Positions 8,471-15,791 of a stretch of DNA of 64,000 nucleotides are shown one piece after another. Within the stretch, counting starts at the first letter, position 1, and every line of letters begins with the position of its first letter. The position numbers and the translations under genes are program-made. The notes under the pieces are model-generated. The model saw only the letters and a program-made list of their open reading frames with translations, ran no database searches and was not told where the DNA came from. Source of the stretch: a virus. The stretch is taken from IMG/VR virus record IMGVR_UViG_3300045988_122441; one strand, given 5' to 3'.

Positions 8471-10069
8471 TTACAGTTTTACGCAGTAATCAAGAGAAAT
8501 CCATCCGGCTCCGGATTTCAGTTTTCCCCAGCCCTTAGTAGAGCCAGTTCCTGCTTTTTCCTCAACAATAGTGAAAGTTCCCTTTCCGGTGTATTTACCA
8601 GTAATAGGATAGTTTGTGCCAGCTCCAGAACGAATTCTGAGATCACTTGCGTCAACACGAACTTTGTACGGTACGTTGCTTGCAGCTGGTTTTGAGGAGG
8701 AACCAGATACGGTGGAACCAATCGTACAATAAGACGCATTTGCAAGGTAAATCCAGCCAGCACCAGACTTCAGTTTTCCCCATCCGTTGCTGAGAGCGGT
8801 AATTGTGAATACACCCTTGCCAGTCTGACCAACAATATCGCCGTTCGGTGTTTTTCTGATGTTCAAATCAGATACCAGAACATTGACTGTGAACGGAGTG
8901 TTCGGGAAGTTGGTGTTTGTCTTTGACGGGGTAGTAGTGCTTGTAGAACCAGAAGAGCTTCCTCCGGTAGATGTAGAGCCGCTTCCCAGCAATGCATTGA
9001 TACGATTTGCTAAATCACCGTATCTTGAATATAGCCAGTTACCAGGGCAACTCTTGTTCGCAAAGAAGCGATGAGCAGTCAGAACCATCTCATTGCTCTT
9101 TGGTTCGTATGCCAGAGCTGCTTCCTTACTGCCTTTCCAAACTACTTTGGTTTTGCCGTTTCTACGACAGATATCAGCGCAAAGCTTAATCAGTTTTTCG
9201 TAAACGACATCGTTCATTTCGTAAGGTTCTTTCATACCGCTTGCACACTCAATGGTGATTGCTCGCTGGTCGTTTGCATTACTGGATGAACACCAGCTAC
9301 GATTAGCCTCGTCCACGCATAACACAACTCGTCCATCTTTACCGATACCATAGTTACAGCTTGCCTGTACGGAAGAACTTGTAAAGCAGCTGCCGATAGA
9401 TTCAGCGGAGAGCTGTCCAACAACGCAATGCGGTGTTAATCTGTCGATTGAGTGAGTACGTCTGCCGCTGTGGTTAGGACTCTTTACCACACAATCTACA
9501 AGTGAACTGTTTGTGTAACCCATAGTCGTACCTCCTTCTGTCTGAGTTGTTTTTGAAGCAAATTTGTCGTAATATACCTGACCGTAGGATGCTCTGCGGC
9601 TCTGTACAGCAGAACTCTGGTCAGCAGGACGCTCATACTTTAAGAGCACAGCATTTGATGCCTGCAGAACGGAAGTAGCACTACGCAGTTCAGAGAGAAC
9701 AGTACCGTAGTTTTCACTCAGTTCCTTGTACATGAACTCAAGCTGCATCTCCAGATCACCAATAGATGTACCTTTAGACTGACAGAATGCAAGTAATGCC
9801 TGCTTTCTGCTCCAATAAGTCCACTGGCACAAACCATAGCCAGCACTGTCTCGTACAAAATTCTTGTATGATCCGTTATCGACTGCTGCCGTATAAGCCG
9901 CATCGGTATATCCGAGTTTCTTTTCAAATGAATTTTGCAGGTTGGTAGGGACTAATCCGCTTTCTGCGTAGATGTTTCCCATGAGACCTGCGGCTCCGTA
10001 TTTGCTCATTCCCTTGCCAATACAAAAGTTCCAGATGCGTTCTTCATTTGTCGTTCCTGTTAATGCCAT
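8471..10069 (-). CDS. modular endolysin: lysozyme-like domain + N-acetylmuramoyl-L-alanine amidase + two SH3b repeats
   Basis: N-terminus GAAGLMGNIYAESGL..CQWT (phage tail lysozyme-like). Middle HSIDRLTPHCVVG..AITIECA (amidase_2-like). Ser/Gly/Thr linker. Two repeats ending GWGKLKSGAGWI. Confidence 0.85.
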   Translation of the reverse strand: MALTGTTNEERIWNFCIGKGMSKYGAAGLMGNIYAESGLVPTNLQNSFEKKLGYTDAAYTAAVDNGSYKNFVRDSAGYGLCQWTYWSRKQALLAFCQSKGTSIGDLEMQLEFMYKELSENYGTVLSELRSATSVLQASNAVLLKYERPADQSSAVQSRRASYGQVYYDKFASKTTQTEGGTTMGYTNSSLVDCVVKSPNHSGRRTHSIDRLTPHCVVGQLSAESIGSCFTSSSVQASCNYGIGKDGRVVLCVDEANRSWCSSSNANDQRAITIECASGMKEPYEMNDVVYEKLIKLCADICRRNGKTKVVWKGSKEAALAYEPKSNEMVLTAHRFFANKSCPGNWLYSRYGDLANRINALLGSGSTSTGGSSSGSTSTTTPSKTNTNFPNTPFTVNVLVSDLNIRKTPNGDIVGQTGKGVFTITALSNGWGKLKSGAGWIYLANASYCTIGSTVSGSSSKPAASNVPYKVRVDASDLRIRSGAGTNYPITGKYTGKGTFTIVEEKAGTGSTKGWGKLKSGAGWISLDYCVKL

Positions 10070-10089
10070 AGAGAAATCAATCCCCTTTC

Positions 10090-10112
10090 GTAAATAATTT
10101 AATTAGCATGAC
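10090..10112 (-). promoter_or_regulatory. copy 1 of a conserved 23-nt motif (minus sense GTCATGCTAATTAAATTATTTAC); candidate phage promoter
   Basis: Lies 21 nt upstream of the endolysin ATG. Five further copies occur in the same orientation (see findings). Confidence 0.45.
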
Positions 10113-10134
10113 TGTCTAACAAGAAAGACGGGCT

Positions 10135-10530
10135 TTAATTCCCGTCCTTGCTAGTAGCTGCTGTATTTGTTTTTACAATTTCACGCAGAGTATCCAATGC
10201 AGAATCAATCTGCTCGTCAATCCATTCAATCAGAGCTTTCTGATCTACGACTTTAGAGAGAATAGGATATTCCTCATAGATCTGCTTGATTACCTGAGCA
10301 CGTTTGATAGAGCCTGCTTCGCTCCATTCCTGCCAGTCAACCTCTGCATCACTAATCATTTTCAGAATAGTTGTCTGAATCTGTTTCTTAGCGATTTCAA
10401 TCTTTTCATCCTGGCTCTTAGACATATAATCCTGAGTTTTCTTCACGATGCCGATGACAAGACCGATGCATACGAGAATGCTTGTCCAGTTATCGTTCAG
10501 GAGCTGTAAAAATTTCTGTAATCCTTCCAT
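10135..10530 (-). CDS. putative holin (LL-H-like: one N-terminal TM helix plus a helical tail)
   Basis: TM helix WTSILVCIGLVIGIV followed by a charged helical region. Sits just upstream of the endolysin. Confidence 0.5.
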   Translation of the reverse strand: MEGLQKFLQLLNDNWTSILVCIGLVIGIVKKTQDYMSKSQDEKIEIAKKQIQTTILKMISDAEVDWQEWSEAGSIKRAQVIKQIYEEYPILSKVVDQKALIEWIDEQIDSALDTLREIVKTNTAATSKDGN

Positions 10531-10536
10531 AATCTG

Positions 10537-10923
10537 TTACCCCTTTCCTGATTCTGAATTGCTTGTTATTTCCTGTTCTTTCATAGCAGTCTCATAGACT
10601 ATTCCACCTTCTGTGTTCTCAGCCTTTGACTTGCTGTAATATCCGAAGATAACAGGTGCGAGAGAAGCTACAATACCGAGCAGGGCATAAGCCTGAGATA
10701 AATCGCAGAGTCTGTGTGATTCATACATGAACCAGATAGCGATGCAGAAAACAAGAATAACCATAGCCCAGAGAACAAGCTTACTGTTGGAGATACTTCT
10801 GGACTTCTTCTGCCGACCTTTTGCTCGCTCAGCCTTGAGCTTTCTAAGGCGTGCCTTGCTTTCATTCTCATGCTTGATACGCAGCATCTCAGCGTTATAT
10901 TCTTTTTCACTGATATATCTCAT
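10537..10923 (-). CDS. two-TM membrane protein (possible holin/antiholin partner)
   Basis: Basic N-terminus, then LVLWAMVILVFCIAIWFMY and AYALLGIVASLAPVIFGYY. Located in the lysis neighbourhood. Confidence 0.45.
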   Translation of the reverse strand: MRYISEKEYNAEMLRIKHENESKARLRKLKAERAKGRQKKSRSISNSKLVLWAMVILVFCIAIWFMYESHRLCDLSQAYALLGIVASLAPVIFGYYSKSKAENTEGGIVYETAMKEQEITSNSESGKG

Positions 10924-11023
10924 TGTTTCACCACCTTTGCGGCACTATATATAGAGAAAGAAATGATGATGAAAACTATATATAGCATCTTAGCGTTTAT
11001 AAAACGTGAATTTGATATGCATA

Positions 11024-11383
11024 TTACTTTTCATCCGTATAGTAAATAGCTGCTGGTTTGATTGCAGTATCTGTTGCAACATACATATCCGAATCATTTA
11101 TCAGCATTCGCCTAAATACGGTGTATAAAAATGTTTCATCAATACCCGGCTGAGCAATAATCTTGTTTGCTCTTATGCCACGAGCTGCATCACTTGCATA
11201 GGCAAACCGAATCGTTGTCCCGTCTACCAGTTCAATCCAGCAGCCGCAACGTGACTTAATCATTTTGTTAATCATGTCATGCGGGTATGAGTCCAAAACC
11301 TTACTGAACATCTCATCTCTCCATTCAATGTCATGATATACAATCAAAATTCGTTGTCTTAATATTGTAGATAAATCGTTCAT
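11024..11383 (-). CDS. hypothetical protein
   Basis: 119-aa ORF whose start overlaps the stop of the upstream gene (ATGA-type coupling). No motif recognised. Confidence 0.5.
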   Translation of the reverse strand: MNDLSTILRQRILIVYHDIEWRDEMFSKVLDSYPHDMINKMIKSRCGCWIELVDGTTIRFAYASDAARGIRANKIIAQPGIDETFLYTVFRRMLINDSDMYVATDTAIKPAAIYYTDEK

Positions 11384-11823
11384 TTCTTCTCCTTAAATTT
11401 CCATCGATAATACGGCTTTTCTTCTCCAAAAAACCAGTAGCGTTCATAGTCATCAATCACAATCGCACACGCGGATAGTAATACCCACAACAGAGAGAAC
11501 GGCAGACAAATCTGACCAAGAATATTAAATGGCATATTTGAATAATCCCAGATGCCAAGTCCGAGCCACAAATTCAATATGCATCCAGATATGAATTCTC
11601 CAGTTGTTACAATGCACGATCCAATGATTGCTTGCAGCCAAATTGGTGTATCCATTGATAAGACTTCATTAATAAGTCCAATGCATACGCCGCATACACC
11701 TGCAAGAATGAACATACTGATATGGCTATATCCCCTCCACACGATTTCAATCACGTAGTAAATAGACCCCATCACAGTAAACAGCGACAGATATTTAAGG
11801 CATAATGATAGAGCCTTTTTCAT
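11380..11823 (-). CDS. multi-pass membrane protein (about 4 TM; possibly DUF1113-like)
   Basis: 147 aa and almost entirely hydrophobic helices. Family assignment is only a weak recollection. Confidence 0.5.
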   Translation of the reverse strand: MKKALSLCLKYLSLFTVMGSIYYVIEIVWRGYSHISMFILAGVCGVCIGLINEVLSMDTPIWLQAIIGSCIVTTGEFISGCILNLWLGLGIWDYSNMPFNILGQICLPFSLLWVLLSACAIVIDDYERYWFFGEEKPYYRWKFKEKK

Positions 11824-11870
11824 CGTACAACCTCCGTATGTATGCAGAGAGCCGGATAAACCGACTCAGT

Positions 11871-11893
11871 GCATATTATTTAATTAGCTTGAC
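11871..11893 (-). promoter_or_regulatory. copy 2 of the 23-nt motif
   Basis: Minus sense GTCAAGCTAATTAAATAATATGC, 47 nt upstream of ATG 11823. Confidence 0.4.
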
Positions 11894-11896
11894 ACA

Positions 11897-12451
11897 TTAA
11901 GCCTCTGCGTTTGCCTGAGAATACAGCATCTTCAGAACTTCAGACTGATAAGCCTCCGGAATGTCAACGCCGTACTCCACAGCACAAACATCATTGATAT
12001 CAGTCATGCTCTCGATATAGTCTCTCAGAGAGTTAAAGTATGTAGTCTGGAATTCAATGCAGTTCTCCATTGCTGTATTCAGAGCCACTACCTCATCCTT
12101 TGTGTAGAATTTACAAGACTCGCCATCTGCATGATACGGGAGAACCGTGATGCCAGCATTGGCTCTGTCATTCAGCTTAGAAATTTTCAGCTGGTCTGCA
12201 ACTTCAAGACTGAAGTGATGAGATTTCTTGTCAGACAGGGTGATGTCAAATCCCTGTGTGATAACTTCATTGCAGGCAACGCTCATCTCTGCAATCTTTG
12301 CAGCTTTTACATCGTCAATGTTATCGTTTGTTACAACACCGGATTTGATAAGCTGCTCCATAACAGCGCCCTTGATTTTATCTGGCACTGCATCGAATTC
12401 CTTTTCACCATTGTAAACAAGGTCTGTCCAAAAATTGATTAACTGAATCAT
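11897..12451 (-). CDS. hypothetical protein, tail-fibre-associated (DUF4376-like C-terminal half?)
   Basis: 184-aa ORF downstream of the fibre/DGR genes. The resemblance is recalled, not verified. Confidence 0.45.
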   Translation of the reverse strand: MIQLINFWTDLVYNGEKEFDAVPDKIKGAVMEQLIKSGVVTNDNIDDVKAAKIAEMSVACNEVITQGFDITLSDKKSHHFSLEVADQLKISKLNDRANAGITVLPYHADGESCKFYTKDEVVALNTAMENCIEFQTTYFNSLRDYIESMTDINDVCAVEYGVDIPEAYQSEVLKMLYSQANAEA

Positions 12452-12465
12452 ATAACACCCTCCTC

Positions 12466-12738
12466 TTAAATTAATGCGCTCAGCTCAATAATGCACTGTT
12501 TCATTTTTTCTGCTTCTGTCATTTCGCGGATAATGAATCTAGTATGACCATCCTCGCTCCAAATGTTTGTACAGGTCATATCCTTATAATCAACACCGCC
12601 AATATTTACACTGGATAAATTGGCATCAGACAGAATCTCAATATTAACTTCATCATCTGTGATGTAGTTGTTGCCATTCAGTGTAGCGTGAATCTCTGTT
12701 CCGTTTGCGAGGATAATATTGTAAATAGTATTTTCCAT
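12466..12738 (-). CDS. hypothetical small protein
   Basis: 90 aa. GGAGG lies 9 nt upstream of ATG 12738. The start overlaps the 3' tail of the RT gene by 86 nt. Confidence 0.5.
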   Translation of the reverse strand: MENTIYNIILANGTEIHATLNGNNYITDDEVNIEILSDANLSSVNIGGVDYKDMTCTNIWSEDGHTRFIIREMTEAEKMKQCIIELSALI

Positions 12739-13966
12739 CTATAAAACCTCCAAATAAGTCGTAGTAAAGAAGATTTAAGTTGTCACGTTGTATCTTACTC
12801 ATTAAGTATGCATGACCGCCAATCCAGGAACGAAACATATTCTCTATTTCTTCCTGTGTGCGTTCGCCTCTTTGTACTTTTCTACTCAATGCTTTGAGCT
12901 TACGTCTCATATCAACAATTCTCTGTGGGTTGATTTTCCTTATCACTCTTCCTGTATCAGTGAGAGAGTAGGATATCTGCAGAAAGCGATAGTAGTCTGA
13001 TAGCTTTACTATTCTTGTTTTCTTTCTGTTCAACGTCATTCCGAGTTCTGTTGCTTTAGCTGCAATCTTAGCTTCAAGTTCAATCAGATACTCTTTGCTC
13101 TGGGAAATCACATAGCTGTCATCCATATATCTGCCGTAGAATTTCTGACCTTCAACGATCTTGACGAAATTATCTATCTGAGTTGGATAGTATATGCCGA
13201 TAATCTGGGAACACTGATCTCCGATATTTACAGATTTCCTCATGAATTTCTCGCCTGTATGAGCAGATTTTGGAACGTTCAGTCTGTAGTCAGCAGAATT
13301 GAATGGCGTTTCCATACAATGTTCATATTCCTCGTCTGTCATATACGAGACATCAATCTTAAAATTATCGAATATTAAATCCAATAACCACAGCGAAAAT
13401 TCATCATGCACATGTTTTGCAATTTCTTGATAAGCAATATCATGCGGTATATTGTCATAGAATTTGCTGTAATCCATTAAAAGTATGTAGCCGTCATTCC
13501 CGTACAGCCGATAGTATTTGTGTAGATGCTCCTCGAATCTTTGTCTGCTAAAAGTAATTCCTTTCCCTTTCAGCGACGCTCCGTTATCATAAATTAGATA
13601 GGAGAGCAGACTCGGAGCCAAAATATTATCACAAAGAGAATGGCGGATAACCCTGTCAGACATCTGTAAACCTGTAATAGGTCGTGTTTTGCCACGCTCA
13701 CTGATAATAAACTCAGTAGAAGCTTTTGACTGATATGCCCTGTCTTTTAAAGCAGCTTTACTCTTAACGATATGTGGCAAGAAATTCATTTCATATTTCT
13801 GCACTTGAGGTTTCCAATCGGAATCTTTCTTTGCAGCCAAATATGCATGATAAAGTGAGTTTAAATTATATACAACATGACACCCATCTTCAAAATGTGT
13901 GTTTGTATCTGTCATTTCTTTCCAAAATATTTGACGTGTATAGCAATCAGTCGTAACGAATTGCAT
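12653..13966 (-). CDS. DGR reverse transcriptase
   Basis: RT motifs LLMDYSKFYDNIPHD, NIGDQCSQIIG (the DGR hallmark I/LGxxxSQ), YGRYMDDSYVIS (YMDD), LNRKKTRIV. Confidence 0.9.
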   Translation of the reverse strand: MQFVTTDCYTRQIFWKEMTDTNTHFEDGCHVVYNLNSLYHAYLAAKKDSDWKPQVQKYEMNFLPHIVKSKAALKDRAYQSKASTEFIISERGKTRPITGLQMSDRVIRHSLCDNILAPSLLSYLIYDNGASLKGKGITFSRQRFEEHLHKYYRLYGNDGYILLMDYSKFYDNIPHDIAYQEIAKHVHDEFSLWLLDLIFDNFKIDVSYMTDEEYEHCMETPFNSADYRLNVPKSAHTGEKFMRKSVNIGDQCSQIIGIYYPTQIDNFVKIVEGQKFYGRYMDDSYVISQSKEYLIELEAKIAAKATELGMTLNRKKTRIVKLSDYYRFLQISYSLTDTGRVIRKINPQRIVDMRRKLKALSRKVQRGERTQEEIENMFRSWIGGHAYLMSKIQRDNLNLLYYDLFGGFIDGKYYLQYYPRKRNRDSRYTEWQQLHHR

Positions 13967-14061
13967 CGCCTTTGTCTTTTAGCACATTCCTGTGCAAGGA
14001 CAATTTCTCCTTTCTTCGTTTCTTGTATCTGCATATAGCATAATTAAACAAGTGGAAGAAA

Positions 14062-14174
14062 TCGGACGAACGCCATTAGAATTAGACGCGTTGTTGTTGT
14101 TCGCATTGCCGTTGTTGTTCACATTACAGAAGTTAGTCGCAGACCTCACACCACGCAGCCAATAGTTGAAGCGA
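14062..14174 (-). repeat. DGR template repeat (TR)
   Basis: Minus sense GTCGCTTCAACTATTGGCTGCGTGG...AATGGCGTTCGTCCG, rich in AAC codons. Aligns to VR1 (offset exactly 800 nt) and to VR2. Lies 95 nt upstream of the RT start. Confidence 0.9.
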
Positions 14175-14216
14175 CAAACGGCGCAAAACATGCAGAAATT
14201 GCCCTGATTAGTTTCC

Positions 14217-14771
14217 TTATGCTGTCACAGATTCTTTCTCTCTGTCTAAAATGCTTTTACGAATTTTGTTGTCAGATTTTCTCCAACCTTTGATTAGCAC
14301 CTGTTCTTGCATAATCATATTTGTGATATTTTCATATTTCTCTATATTGACAGGCAGAGTAGTGATGATATACTGTAATTCCTGTATCAGGTTCTCGCAG
14401 TAACCAAGAGCTAAGTCCTGATGTATTCTTCGTTCATCACACTCACTAATGAATTGCGGACATATTTCATTAGCTAGAAAAATTTCATGTACCATATCAC
14501 GGGTAATTTGTATAATTGCTTTCTGCTCATCTGGTATAAACCATTCTACAAAAGCCTCGTATCGCTCTCTGCGTTTCTCTACGCCGCGATCATAACCATC
14601 TTTCTGTTTTTGACTCCACTTGTTGTATGCTTCCGGTTTTGGTCTTTCTTCATATTCCCTTAGTCCGAATTTTCTCAGAGCAAGGTCAGTTATAACCGTC
14701 CGAACTTTATACGCATGATGCTCAACCTCAAATGGTGATGGCTTTCTATTTGCTTTCAGTACCGACATCAT
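14217..14771 (-). CDS. avd: putative accessory variability determinant (Avd-like helical bundle protein)
   Basis: Occupies the canonical avd slot between target and TR. Basic and helical. The C-terminal half resembles four-helix-bundle Avd proteins (..LALGYCENLIQELQYII..IKGWRKS). At 184 aa it is longer than typical Avd. Confidence 0.5.
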   Translation of the reverse strand: MMSVLKANRKPSPFEVEHHAYKVRTVITDLALRKFGLREYEERPKPEAYNKWSQKQKDGYDRGVEKRRERYEAFVEWFIPDEQKAIIQITRDMVHEIFLANEICPQFISECDERRIHQDLALGYCENLIQELQYIITTLPVNIEKYENITNMIMQEQVLIKGWRKSDNKIRKSILDREKESVTA

Positions 14772-14785
14772 TTCCTCCGTATTAA

Positions 14786-14810
14786 CCCACCCACCCGGAG
14801 GTGGGATGGG
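14786..14810 (-). other. GC-rich hairpin downstream of VR1
   Basis: CCCACC-cgga-GGTGGG core with flanking imperfect extension, between the target stop (14844) and the avd start (14771). Could be a terminator and/or a DGR target-recognition hairpin. Confidence 0.4.
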
Positions 14811-14843
14811 ATTAAAGATATTGCATTGTATTTCTTGTCAATA

Positions 14844-15776
14844 TTAATTAACGAAGAAAAACGGACGAACGCCAAGAGAATTAGACGCGTCGTAGTTGCT
14901 CGCATCGCCGTAGCTGCCCACAAAACAGAAGCCAGTCGCAGACCCCACACCACGCAGCCAACAGGTGAAGCGACGGTGAATGTATTCAGGAGCGAGAGCG
15001 AACAGTGGGAACTGAGAGTTGATACATCCAACTTCGTAACCGCTATTAGCCCATACTTTTGTTCCGTATACCATTGTCTCGGACATCAGCTCAACTTTAC
15101 AGTCATACCAAGCCCATCCAGAAGCCTGTCCATCAGCAGTTGCGTTTGGCAGGATATCTCTGTAGGACATTACGTGAGAAGAACCGAAGTCATTCACGAT
15201 TTTCTGAGTAGCCTGTGCAAGGTTTGTAGTTCTCATATCAGAGTTTGCGTATGCTCCAGTAGTAACGTTGTTTGCAGCGCCTTCTGTATACTGACCGCTA
15301 TCTGTGTTATGCATCTGTGCATTGTACAGAGCAGAGTCAGGAACAAGGCACATGCAGTTACCGAGAGAAGACTTATCTCCAATCTGCTTTCCGAGGTTGA
15401 ATCCAGCAACTCGATATACAGTGCCGTTGATTGTCAGGTAATCACCTACAAACAGGTCGTCAAATGTACCTGCCTGAATAGCTTTTGACATAGCGGAGGT
15501 GTAGGAAGTACCTAAGTTCTTACCTCTGAAAATAGAGTTATGACCTCCTGCGTTGTTTCTTGCTGCACCTGTGTACAGCTCATTGATTGCGGCTGGGAGA
15601 GTTTTTGTACCCTGATCCAGACCATAAGTTTTGCTCATCAGCTTGTTAAGGGCGGCAGTGGAGAGATTTCCGAAAGTCACACCCTTAGTACCATTCGCAC
15701 CGTCAACTGGGAGTACATCAGTATCAGCAACAGAAGTAACAGCGGAAAGGTCTTTAATTCTTGTTGTATTTGCCAT
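14844..15776 (-). CDS. DGR target 1: tail-fibre / receptor-binding protein with a C-terminal C-type-lectin-fold variable region
   Basis: Fibre-like N-terminus (MANTTRIKDLSAVTSVADTDVLPVDG). C-terminus ..FTCWLRGVGSATGFCFVGSYGDASNYDASNSLGVRP is encoded by VR1. Confidence 0.85.
   Translation of the reverse strand: MANTTRIKDLSAVTSVADTDVLPVDGANGTKGVTFGNLSTAALNKLMSKTYGLDQGTKTLPAAINELYTGAARNNAGGHNSIFRGKNLGTSYTSAMSKAIQAGTFDDLFVGDYLTINGTVYRVAGFNLGKQIGDKSSLGNCMCLVPDSALYNAQMHNTDSGQYTEGAANNVTTGAYANSDMRTTNLAQATQKIVNDFGSSHVMSYRDILPNATADGQASGWAWYDCKVELMSETMVYGTKVWANSGYEVGCINSQFPLFALAPEYIHRRFTCWLRGVGSATGFCFVGSYGDASNYDASNSLGVRPFFFVN
14862..14974 (-). repeat. DGR variable repeat 1 (VR1)
   Basis: 113 nt. There are 17 differences from TR, all at TR adenines (17 of 29 A positions). 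The 84 non-A positions are all identical. Confidence 0.9.
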
Positions 15777-15791
15777 AGTATATTCCTCCTC

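Larger units (their letters stand above)
12653..15776 (-). mobile_element. diversity-generating retroelement cassette (target-avd-TR-RT)
   Basis: RT with the DGR-type IGxxxSQ motif, a 113-nt TR, and an Avd-position gene. The target gene's 3' VR differs from TR only at TR adenines. Confidence 0.9.

Noticed and set aside
12653-13966. RT as a retron or group II intron reverse transcriptase
   Set aside because: No intron RNA domains (for example a domain V hairpin) or msr/msd-like inverted repeats flank it. The IGxxxSQ motif plus adenine-specific TR/VR pairs identify it as a DGR RT.
13979-14191. 70-aa minus-strand ORF (..NVNNNGNANNNNASNSNGVRP..) between avd and the RT
   Set aside because: It is the translation of the DGR template repeat. 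It has no SD and a poor start context, and its similarity to the two target C-termini is explained by TR/VR homology. It is annotated as TR, not as a gene.
14826-15488. 220-aa plus-strand ORF (and other long antisense ORFs such as 6462-6995, 17027-17428, 28718-29107, 56392-56673 and 56783-57043)
   Set aside because: They lie antisense to genes with clear motifs or inside the control region. They are low-complexity or Cys/Ser-rich and lack SD sequences. Treated as shadow ORFs.
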